A DNA stretch of 64,000 nucleotides from the NCBI GenBank assembly GCA_040285745.1, contig JAUFOR010000004.1, forward strand, positions 1,178,001 through 1,242,000, in the 5' to 3' direction. The notes under the pieces were generated by a model. The model did no database searches. It was not told where the DNA came from and saw only the letters and a list, made by a program, of their open reading frames with translations. This DNA comes from Barthelona sp. PCE (Eukaryota). Numbering within the stretch: the first letter of the stretch is position 1; every line of letters starts with the position of its first letter. Shown piece by piece: positions 31,006 to 39,982 of this stretch. A program made the translations under genes and the position numbers.

Positions 31006-34000
31006 TCATTGGAACTCTTTCATTCTATTTTTAACTTGTGTGAGAGTCACACGCTGTATGTCCTGAACCTGACAACGTCCACGGTGACCGCATCTCGCAG
31101 AAAGGCAAACAAAACAAAAACTGCGACTGCATGTGGGACACTTCATGCTCTTGCAACCGCTACGATGCTCTACAGGAGTTAAGCAGTTCGGGCAAACACG
31201 CACAGATGGCACCCCATCAATTCGATTGAAATCGATGGTTTTGCGTGGTGCATTTTGAAGACGGTTGTTGAGATCGTCAACATCATCCTGCGTCCATTGC
31301 GAAAGTCGCTGTGTGATGAGCAACTTGAACTCCTTGGGCAGGATACCGCGAATAGCTAGTGGTAGTCCTTCGCGGATACGCAATATGTTGTTGGGCAATC
31401 TTAGAGAGTGATCACAGAGAGCGACAGTAGGTAGCATAGTGTCGTCGAGCTGTAGAATGACGGTGAATGAGTGTAGTTCCGGTGAGCCATTTAACCAGTA
31501 AACGAACTGGAGAATGTCCATTGAGTTGAAACCTTGTAGAACTTCTGCTAGTGCATCACGCACGTTATTGGGTACCTTGTCATCATAGTTAAAGGTAGCA
31601 AGCACCTGCTCTGCGGTGAAACGAGGAGGTCCGCACATCATAGATTTGACTTCAGAGAAAGTGAGGGTGACGCCAAGCTGGGTAGTGAGTTCATGATCGT
31701 TAAACACTGCGTTAACCTTCTTTGACAGCTCCATCCATGGTTCGGAAACCATGACACGGGCGAGCTGCAGGAATTCATCAATGTTATTAGCAGTTACCAA
31801 CTTGTCCTCACCTCCGAAGAAGTTGAAGTTCAGACCCTCGTGATCCAGCATGTTAAGGATGTACGCCGATTCGGTTGGGAACACCTTGCCAAAGACTTTT
31901 CTATCAGAAAGCTTATCGTAATCTTCACTGAGTGCGTTTATCAAAAACTGACCAACCTGCAAGTCATCAATTGGTGATTGGAACACAAAGCAGCAGTACA
32001 AGAAGCCGCACATAGCTTTGGTTACATCATCTGATGTTTCGGTATTGAATTGAGGCAAAGAATGATGCTCAAAAATGTAATCAATGAATTGGGGAATTGA
32101 GAGTTGTTCCATACCGTATAATGTGATTGAGGCATCGAAGTATTCGGTTCCACTCATAAACGAGTTGATATCGCTGAACACAGTCACGAAAAATTCGTCA
32201 AAGGTCTGCTCCACTTGTTCAAACTTCATGGTGCTTCCCTCACGATCGTTATCGCGTAACAGAGCCTGCTTTGTGACAATAAACTGGTTGATCTGACGGC
32301 GGATGAGTGTGAGGCGGTCCTGAGCTGCGGGTACATTAGTGTGCCACTCATGACAGTTAAGCTCGTAAATGGACGGTCTTAGCTGAGGATCTTGGGCTTG
32401 GCAGCGCTGGATGATTTCAGAATGCATGCAGTCTTCAGGTAAAACAAGCTGAGCAACGTTTGTTCTGTCCTGTGCATAAATGCAGGCAACAGTTTTTCCC
32501 AGTGCATAAATATCGCTCAGTAAAGTGTGCGGTTGGCCATTCGAGACTTCTTGAGCCATATAACCAACCGTTCCAACCATAGTTTTGCTTCCAATAGTCT
32601 GTGAGTTATCAATGCTTACACCAAAGTCGCATAATTTCAACTTGGGGTTGGTTCCATCTTTGTTACAATAAACCAGGATGTTCTGTGGCTTTATATCACG
32701 CAGAATGATGCCCTTTGCGTGTATAGAGAAGATACACATCACAAGATGATGAGCAAGAGAGTTCTTCGTCTCCTGGTTAACATCAGGAAATGATTCAAGA
32801 TACTTCTCAAGATCGAACGGTGCACGCTCTAGCTCAATACACACAAACATCATGGTAGCAGTTCCACGTGACATCTTTGGTACAAACACTACGTTCTTAA
32901 GAGTTACTGTGCAAGGGTCTAGCTTGGTCAGAACGCGCAGTTCGCGTCTTACTGCCTTTATATTATCATCCAGACCGCGCTTCATCTTCTTTGAGACGCA
33001 AATACACTTGATGAACAGATCATCCGTATCGATCGTGCCATTATATAATCCAAAATCTTGAAGTCCACCATTCAAATAGCTGTCATAACTAATGATCTTT
33101 GGAATTGAAGGGAACCTTATATCTTTAAGATCCAACTCCTCAAGCGTCTTGGAAAGGTCAACTGCCAGTGCCAGTTCACATATTGTGTTTTTGAGCGTTT
33201 TGATGTTCTGGGTAACCAGATCAGTCAAACATCCCTTTGCTTTTTCAAAATTGACACATTCAGCTCCGCTGATCTCCGACGCATGGCGTTCCATTCTCTG
33301 TTGCATTGTGTAAAGTCGATCAAAATTCACTGGATGATCAAGAGAATCAAGCTCTTGCTCTTCCCGAGATTCCTCCAAATTCTTGACTATATCTTTGATC
33401 TGCTTGGAAGATTGCGTAAGTGTGTTGTGTTTGTCAATGAATAAAGTCATTACAACATGTGAATTTTTCAGATCAAGGTCTGAAAGCAAGTGAAATAGTT
33501 CAAACCTGGCATCTAAAAATCGTAACTCTTTAAGTTTTTCGGCAAAAGCCATCTCTTTAAGCACCTTTGCGATAGGAAACTGTGAAACATACTCGTCAAA
33601 GCGAGATGAAAAGGTTGAGGCTAGCGTTTCATTAATCTCAAACTCTACAATGATGTTTCTGAAATCCCTGACGTATGATATGGCCATTTCCAGTTCATCT
33701 AAGTGCTTCTCCATTGTCTGCACAGTTGGATCTGAAGATATCCAGTCCAAGAAAGACTGCGATGGAACATAGAGTTGTTGGATGACTTCTGCACATTCAT
33801 TGCTATACGCAATCAGTTCACTGAACTCCTTGTTGCCTGAATTGGGTACCAACTGACTTAATGCATCGAACTTAACCTTGATTTCGGAGAACTTCGCCTG
33901 TGTTTCCTTTTTTTGAGCAGAGAGTTTTTCTTGAAAAAATATTTTCTGTTCAGCAAGTTTGGAGCGAAGGTTAATGATATTCAAGTTAGCATCAATGAGA

Positions 34001-35199
34001 TTACTACTGTCATTATCACATCTTAAGCTTCGACGAAAATCAGATCCATCCCATTCCATCAACATACTTGTTCCATTCTCAAATGCTACGCTAAACACCG
34101 ATCCTGATTCTCCTTGAGCATTAACAATAACTTCATCAAAATCAAAATCTCGACATCGGCCTGATTTCGATACATGTGAAACATAGGATGTACAAAACAA
34201 TAGATAACCGTTTGGAACTTCAGAAATAAACATTTGAGGATTATAAGGAATGATTTCACCAGCTTTGACAATATAAGAACCTAATTGTGGGGTATCAATT
34301 TTGATAAAATGCTTATTAAAAACTGTAATTGTTGGTGTACTTCCAATATAGCATTTGGAAATAGTTGTAATATGCTTTTTTGACTGAATACAAAATATTT
34401 GTGAATGTCCACATTGCATATTGACTGAAAAATACTTTTCGTCATGTGAAATAAATATGGAGCGCTTTGAACCATTTGCTATGCAAAAGTACTTTTTTTT
34501 CGCGCTTCTGTTGAACACAACAATTCTATTTGAATCTCTTTCAGAAAGGACCATATACTGAGCAGAAATGTCACCTAGAAGCACTGTATTTCCTTCAAAC
34601 CATGGATATTTCTCTATAACTGAACCTGACATATTTAATACTTGATATGTTCTTAGATTACCACCGTGTGACACTGAACCAAGTATTCTAAATTGATCTT
34701 GATATTCAAAGAAATAGCTACCGTTTATCTTTCTTGGTAGACTCTGCAAATAGTGATCGTGATCGTATACACAGATTATGTCTTGGCCATCACTCTTAAT
34801 GAAAATATTTTCAGAATTAACCCAACATGCAGAACCATAACATTGGATGGTGGATAAGAGGTTTCCTGTTCTCAAATCATAGCTATAGTATCGATTGCCT
34901 GAGAGATATGCAAGGATTTGTCCATCCTTGCTCAGACAACCATGACGAAAATCAGACACTATGACTTGAAATATTGAATTGAATTCAGGAATATTGAAAA
35001 CTTTGATAATTTTTGAACGAGATTTAGAACTAGATTTAGAAGGATCTTCATGCAAAGTGGCCAGAACCTTTTCGTTCCTTGAAACCCAAAAGATATTTAA
35101 ATATTTCTCTGTTGCGAGAGTAATTGGTTCAAGACCACCAGATTCGTTTTGACGTATAATAGTCAACTTTCTGTCTTTATCAGCAAATATTTGTATCAT
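31006..35199 (-). CDS. Multidomain protein: beta-propeller-like + coiled coil + protein kinase + HECT-like + RING2/Rcat zinc finger
   Basis: Kinase: RRELRVL, LRDIKPQNIL, LCDFG, GTVGYMAQE, SDIYALG, RP. HECT-like: GGEDKLVTANNIDEF, SMMCG, FVYWLNGS, LPTVALCDHSLRLP. RING2: CPNCLTPVEHRSGCKSMKCPTCSRSFCFVC. Confidence 0.85.
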   Translation of the reverse strand: MIQIFADKDRKLTIIRQNESGGLEPITLATEKYLNIFWVSRNEKVLATLHEDPSKSSSKSRSKIIKVFNIPEFNSIFQVIVSDFRHGCLSKDGQILAYLSGNRYYSYDLRTGNLLSTIQCYGSACWVNSENIFIKSDGQDIICVYDHDHYLQSLPRKINGSYFFEYQDQFRILGSVSHGGNLRTYQVLNMSGSVIEKYPWFEGNTVLLGDISAQYMVLSERDSNRIVVFNRSAKKKYFCIANGSKRSIFISHDEKYFSVNMQCGHSQIFCIQSKKHITTISKCYIGSTPTITVFNKHFIKIDTPQLGSYIVKAGEIIPYNPQMFISEVPNGYLLFCTSYVSHVSKSGRCRDFDFDEVIVNAQGESGSVFSVAFENGTSMLMEWDGSDFRRSLRCDNDSSNLIDANLNIINLRSKLAEQKIFFQEKLSAQKKETQAKFSEIKVKFDALSQLVPNSGNKEFSELIAYSNECAEVIQQLYVPSQSFLDWISSDPTVQTMEKHLDELEMAISYVRDFRNIIVEFEINETLASTFSSRFDEYVSQFPIAKVLKEMAFAEKLKELRFLDARFELFHLLSDLDLKNSHVVMTLFIDKHNTLTQSSKQIKDIVKNLEESREEQELDSLDHPVNFDRLYTMQQRMERHASEISGAECVNFEKAKGCLTDLVTQNIKTLKNTICELALAVDLSKTLEELDLKDIRFPSIPKIISYDSYLNGGLQDFGLYNGTIDTDDLFIKCICVSKKMKRGLDDNIKAVRRELRVLTKLDPCTVTLKNVVFVPKMSRGTATMMFVCIELERAPFDLEKYLESFPDVNQETKNSLAHHLVMCIFSIHAKGIILRDIKPQNILVYCNKDGTNPKLKLCDFGVSIDNSQTIGSKTMVGTVGYMAQEVSNGQPHTLLSDIYALGKTVACIYAQDRTNVAQLVLPEDCMHSEIIQRCQAQDPQLRPSIYELNCHEWHTNVPAAQDRLTLIRRQINQFIVTKQALLRDNDREGSTMKFEQVEQTFDEFFVTVFSDINSFMSGTEYFDASITLYGMEQLSIPQFIDYIFEHHSLPQFNTETSDDVTKAMCGFLYCCFVFQSPIDDLQVGQFLINALSEDYDKLSDRKVFGKVFPTESAYILNMLDHEGLNFNFFGGEDKLVTANNIDEFLQLARVMVSEPWMELSKKVNAVFNDHELTTQLGVTLTFSEVKSMMCGPPRFTAEQVLATFNYDDKVPNNVRDALAEVLQGFNSMDILQFVYWLNGSPELHSFTVILQLDDTMLPTVALCDHSLRLPNNILRIREGLPLAIRGILPKEFKLLITQRLSQWTQDDVDDLNNRLQNAPRKTIDFNRIDGVPSVRVCPNCLTPVEHRSGCKSMKCPTCSRSFCFVCLSARCGHRGRCQVQDIQRVTLTQVKNRMKEFQ

Positions 35200-35754
35200 G
35201 TCACCAAGAGATATTGTTTGTAATAAGTGGAAAAAAGAAAATTGAAAAAATCACAAATCTGTATTATTCCAGCATTTTTCATGCCTTACATGGTGTTATA
35301 TATGTATTTAATGTGATTTTTGTGATTATAATGTAAAATAATTGCCAAAAAAAAATACACTTTTCAATCAGCCATTTTTGCTTTCACTTTCAACAAACTG
35401 TGTTTAAAGTGTGCTCAAAAAGTAAAACTGCCATAAAATATAGTTCATTCTTTAAAATACTGTTAAAAAAATTTCTAACAGTGATTTGTGATTCATTCCT
35501 GTAAAAATAAGTAATAAATCAGAAATATGAGCCTTACAAACAAAGATTAAGCTAAAAAAGTATGCCTGAAATGCTGTAAAAATGTTATAAATTGTAGAGC
35601 AAGACTTCTCATTTCATAGTCCCAATCGAACGTTATTTAGGGATGTAATGAATAAAATCGTGATCATATTCTTATGCAAGCATACTGTATAAAACAATGA
35701 AAAAAGCTTATTTTAGACATGGAGCAAGCAGACTGTACACTAGGGGGGTGGAAA

Positions 35755-35817
35755 GGTTAATGGCATGAGGAGACGGATCCAAGCTATTAACGTTGTCATT
35801 GTAAAAGCATAAAAGAA
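35755..35817 (+). repeat. Left inverted repeat arm of the transposon
   Basis: Matches the reverse complement of 39832-39894 at 50/63 positions by hand alignment, with a perfect core CATGAGGAGACGGATCC (35764-35780). Confidence 0.9.
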
Positions 35818-36015
35818 AAAAAATTTGGCAGTAGTTGGTTGGCAGCAGTTGTTCCGCTTTCTACTACCGAAATTTTCCAGTACAAATTTACAAACATATC
35901 GCAATATTAGAGTGCTCAGAAATACATGTGAAAGCTTTCATGTACCTTGTGAACCAGATACCCTACAATAAATCCACAAAAATGTTTCTCCATCATAAAA
36001 ATGAAAAAATTGAAA

Positions 36016-39000
36016 TTAGATAGTCTTCACTATTTCTTTCAGTTCATCATACGTAATCCTTGGGGCTGCAGAAGCTTCATTTAATAAAAACCAATTAAAA
36101 CGTATACGAGTTGATAATTTGGTTTGATTCTTGGAATGCAGTCTTTTTAACATAGAAAATCCACGCTCAACTCCAGAATTGCTGGCAGATGCACTGCTAT
36201 ATTGTTTAATTATAGCTCGGAAACCGGGTAAACCCTTCACAGATTCGTGGGTGTGGCCATGAACAAGTGCTGCACGAACATCTCTTTCTCTAATACCTGT
36301 ATCATTGAAATCGAACTCATCGGCCACCCTTTGAGCACTTAAAGGGGGCTCATGCACACTTTGGGCACTTGGAGATAGTTCACTCTCCATACGATTGGAA
36401 GCACTGCGACTAGGACTGAGAAAGCTTGTCGATAATGGTGGTAACACATTTGTTTGGGGTTCTACTTCTGGTGTATAGCGCATTACGACCTTCTTTCGAT
36501 CTTCATTGGATGGTGAAAAGTCTAAATAGTAATTGGTACAAAGAATCGAAATTATATACCCCACTAACCCTCTATACAACACAGGATCATAAAAATCTTT
36601 TGCCATATTAACATAAACGTGATCACTAATAAGATGTATTGCGGGATAATCACTTGCACAGCGCTTGAACTTGGTGGGTAAAAATGAAAAAACCATCATA
36701 CCTTTTAGTCTTACAAGTTCCCTGTCTGTAACCTTAACTAAACCTCCTCTGTTAATATTGGGTATCTTTGCATCAACATACAGTTGGTATAATTCTTCCT
36801 TCAAACAACTCTTTCTGGGTTTATCATTTGTGATATCTTTAACCTCCTTATTATGATCCTGGAGCTCAACAGTGCTTAAATCTGAGAGAAGAAAAGCCAC
36901 TAAAGGTTCGGGCATGATGAGGAATTTGCAAAAATAATGACGAACATACTCAAAAAGACCATCATGGTATATTGCAGCAAGGCTTGCTTCATTTTCTATC
37001 CTTAAATCTGAGCGCCACTTTCGCAATTCATGCAAAAGAATGGAGACTTGGAAATATGATTGTAAAACTGAAAAATCATTCTTACTGCTCATATGTTGAA
37101 TGAAGATCATACGAGAATAAGTAGAAAAATAATTCCTTGCCAATACCCACATATCAGGGCCCAGAGAAAATTCATGAGGCTGCTTATTCCCATCCTTCAT
37201 GGCCTCATAAAAAGGAGAAAGAAAATGCCGATAATGATCCTCGTCACAAACAGTATTATTGCTCTTTAACATCCGCTTAATCTCCAAATCACAACGAAGA
37301 AACACTTCAGTGATCTCAAAATGAGACATTGTTATTGCAAAATCATCAGGAATTGTTTCTGTTCCCTCAGGTAAAAATAGTATCTTTGGGATGTCCATGT
37401 ACAGTCCACCACACAATACATCATAAATCCATTCCGATGTATCCCAACGAACATTCGAAAGAGATATGGATCTTTCCGTTACTAAACACCAGACTGCATG
37501 GTATTTATAAAACACACGCATAGTATCAACTGTTAACAGCGTCTGTATCTTTGCAAAATTGGCGAGAGATTTCTGCTGATCATCCAACATTTTTGCATAT
37601 TTCTCTAAAGAAATCATGGCAAGATGATCAAGGAATTCAGTATAATGCTCAAGTACATTGAAACGATAGGCATCATTTGAAAGAGAGTTACTTAAGGTCA
37701 AATCAACGCCTAACAGGCAAGCATTGCGCTGACTTAACAAGTTTTCAAGGTGTTGACATTCGTGAAATGATGTATATGCAAAGGTAAACATGAGCTTATC
37801 GTCAGCAATCAAACCACCTTCAACCACATCACTGTCAGAATGAACAAATGACTCGATCCATTCTTCTGTTAAATTGTTGATAGTTGCACCAGACATATCA
37901 TCTGTAACACTCTCATTCTCTGCTGCAGGTTCAGAAAGTGCAAAGATTGGATGAGTTTCATGGAGAGAAACAACGCTGTTAAGTCGAGCAGCAGCAGAAC
38001 GTGAAATGGTACGGTTGGTGAATAAAATTGATAAATCTAGCTTCTTAAACAACCCTTCAACAAATGGATCTTGTGAAACTTGATCGATGATATCCATAGT
38101 GACAGTTTCATTGGAGACTCTCAACAAATTAAAACTATCTAAATAAGGACTGCTGAATTGATGCTGAATAGGATCAGGAAAGAACTCAAACCCATTGATT
38201 TTTGCCATAATCTTATTTAAAACAGGACAAATACATGGAACTCGTGATATTGACGAGCATGCATCACATATCTTTTGAAAGGCGAGCTGTTCTGGCGTGC
38301 CATCATCAGTTCCAACAAAAATCTTAACTTCAGAATCACCCATGTCAATAATAACATCTTCTAAGCACCAGCGATCCCTGTTTTTCCTCTCGATGATTGA
38401 ATATGACTGGATGATTTTGTATTTTTTAAGCCGAGACAAAAACTGTTCGCACAGATCCTGAGAACGCTTGTATTTCGCATCCTTGCAGATTTCAGGTACT
38501 TCAAAATTACGCACAGTGAAATCTGGGTAATCAAGAGGATTAATGACAACTTCAGTTGTGTGGGAAACAGTGAACTGGGTTTTAAATATATCAAAGATGA
38601 TAAACTTACCTTTTAAAGAATCCAAATATTGCTCTAGTGTGATTATTAAATGATTTTTTGTGTACATTTCCGTAGAGCTCTCCAAAAATGGATGCTCGAC
38701 CCAAACAAGTTCCAGATTGGTTGGTACCTTCAACATAATAAGTGCTTCTTCGTATCCATCGTTTGACAGATCAAATTCCATAAAAAGAGTTACGCTTTCT
38801 GAACTGTTTGCTGCTTGAACATAAGCAGAGTTAAAAATGGTTTCCAGAATGTAAGGGTGCACAACCTCACCGTAATATGTTGTGTAATTCCTGAAAGCCC
38901 TCTCAGAAGCTGCACTGTATTCAGATTTAATGCTTTTCAAACTTTTATCCATAGCATTAAATACAAATGGCAAAGCAAAGCCCCTAGCATCGTTAACCCT

Positions 39001-39744
39001 AGCAAGCGATACCTTCATCTTAGTGATTTGATGTTCTTGAAGTGTTAATTGTTGGAAACGAAGTGGAAATATTGAATCCTGGATTATTCCAATGTCTGTG
39101 CAAGTCCACTCAAATGTGTTCTTGTTATAATAAATATTTCCTTGACCTTCTTTGGAAGTAATACCAGTAACAGACTTTAAACTAGCTTCTCTTATAAACA
39201 TGCGTTTTGATGGTGGCGTAGTATACACATTATCCAACATATCTTCCAGTCTAGCATCCGTAATCTTGGGTTTATGGATTCGAATCATTTCAATAAAAGC
39301 ATCTGCATCGAACACAGGTTTTATCCAATTGTTCTTCAAAGCACTCCAGATGATCTTGATATGTTCTTTGCTGGATATCCTGCGAAGATAGTGTTTACCT
39401 GTGAAGATACACAAGCCAATTACATGACAAGAGGCTTTTGAAACTACATTGCGTGATACAGGATTCTGTTTAGGCCCCTTAATGTTGTTATAAGTTGCTA
39501 AAAGATCTTCGTGAGTTAATATCGCGTACTTATGAGCATTAAATTCATGAGAGTTTGGTAGAACACAGTTTTGTATTTCTAAGCAGCCTACTTCATTGTA
39601 ATTTCCAATTTTATCATCTGCAAGATACCCATTGGTGTACAATCGAACACGAACGTGATAACTTGCATCATCTTCTTCTTTTTCATCACATAGTCTGATT
39701 TTGTCCATTGGAATACTCACATTGAAAGATTTAAAAGCCGGCAT
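36016..39744 (-). CDS. hAT-family DDE transposase, unusually long (~1240 aa)
   Basis: First ATG at 39744. Ordered motifs: IIFDIF (candidate D1), FVGTDDG (D2), CICPVLN (CxxH position), NVRWDT (RW), SASASNSGVERGFSMLKRLHSKNQTKLS (catalytic E / hAT C-terminal signature). Confidence 0.8.
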   Translation of the reverse strand: MPAFKSFNVSIPMDKIRLCDEKEEDDASYHVRVRLYTNGYLADDKIGNYNEVGCLEIQNCVLPNSHEFNAHKYAILTHEDLLATYNNIKGPKQNPVSRNVVSKASCHVIGLCIFTGKHYLRRISSKEHIKIIWSALKNNWIKPVFDADAFIEMIRIHKPKITDARLEDMLDNVYTTPPSKRMFIREASLKSVTGITSKEGQGNIYYNKNTFEWTCTDIGIIQDSIFPLRFQQLTLQEHQITKMKVSLARVNDARGFALPFVFNAMDKSLKSIKSEYSAASERAFRNYTTYYGEVVHPYILETIFNSAYVQAANSSESVTLFMEFDLSNDGYEEALIMLKVPTNLELVWVEHPFLESSTEMYTKNHLIITLEQYLDSLKGKFIIFDIFKTQFTVSHTTEVVINPLDYPDFTVRNFEVPEICKDAKYKRSQDLCEQFLSRLKKYKIIQSYSIIERKNRDRWCLEDVIIDMGDSEVKIFVGTDDGTPEQLAFQKICDACSSISRVPCICPVLNKIMAKINGFEFFPDPIQHQFSSPYLDSFNLLRVSNETVTMDIIDQVSQDPFVEGLFKKLDLSILFTNRTISRSAAARLNSVVSLHETHPIFALSEPAAENESVTDDMSGATINNLTEEWIESFVHSDSDVVEGGLIADDKLMFTFAYTSFHECQHLENLLSQRNACLLGVDLTLSNSLSNDAYRFNVLEHYTEFLDHLAMISLEKYAKMLDDQQKSLANFAKIQTLLTVDTMRVFYKYHAVWCLVTERSISLSNVRWDTSEWIYDVLCGGLYMDIPKILFLPEGTETIPDDFAITMSHFEITEVFLRCDLEIKRMLKSNNTVCDEDHYRHFLSPFYEAMKDGNKQPHEFSLGPDMWVLARNYFSTYSRMIFIQHMSSKNDFSVLQSYFQVSILLHELRKWRSDLRIENEASLAAIYHDGLFEYVRHYFCKFLIMPEPLVAFLLSDLSTVELQDHNKEVKDITNDKPRKSCLKEELYQLYVDAKIPNINRGGLVKVTDRELVRLKGMMVFSFLPTKFKRCASDYPAIHLISDHVYVNMAKDFYDPVLYRGLVGYIISILCTNYYLDFSPSNEDRKKVVMRYTPEVEPQTNVLPPLSTSFLSPSRSASNRMESELSPSAQSVHEPPLSAQRVADEFDFNDTGIRERDVRAALVHGHTHESVKGLPGFRAIIKQYSSASASNSGVERGFSMLKRLHSKNQTKLSTRIRFNWFLLNEASAAPRITYDELKEIVKTI

Positions 39745-39831
39745 TAGCAATAAATCGAAAAAAGGATTTTTTTTTTATGAGGAATAGGGGATAAGTCAAA
39801 GAACAAATATATGCTGCTACACCAATTTGGA

Positions 39832-39894
39832 TTCACTTACGCTTTTACTTTAACAATGTTTACAGTTGGGATCCGTCTCCTCATGTCATTGACC
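39832..39894 (-). repeat. Right inverted repeat arm of the transposon
   Basis: Contains GGATCCGTCTCCTCATG (39869-39885), the exact reverse complement of the left core. Confidence 0.9.
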
Positions 39895-39982
39895 AATTGA
39901 CCCACGAAAGTAAACTTTGCATTCGTGAATATCTATGTATACCTATTTATCACCCATTACATCTCTTTATTATTAGTGTTAT

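Larger units (their letters stand above)
35638..39967 (-). mobile_element. hAT-like DNA transposon (outer limits tentative; minimum extent 35755-39894)
   Basis: Transposase ORF flanked by a 63-bp ungapped inverted repeat, and further out by TAGGGATGTAATG / CATTACATCTCTT. No intact 8-bp TSD found. Confidence 0.7.

Noticed and set aside
35630-39975. 8-bp target-site duplication for the transposon
   Set aside because: Flanks ACGTTATT and TATTATTA do not match, and no TSD is seen at the inner repeat either.
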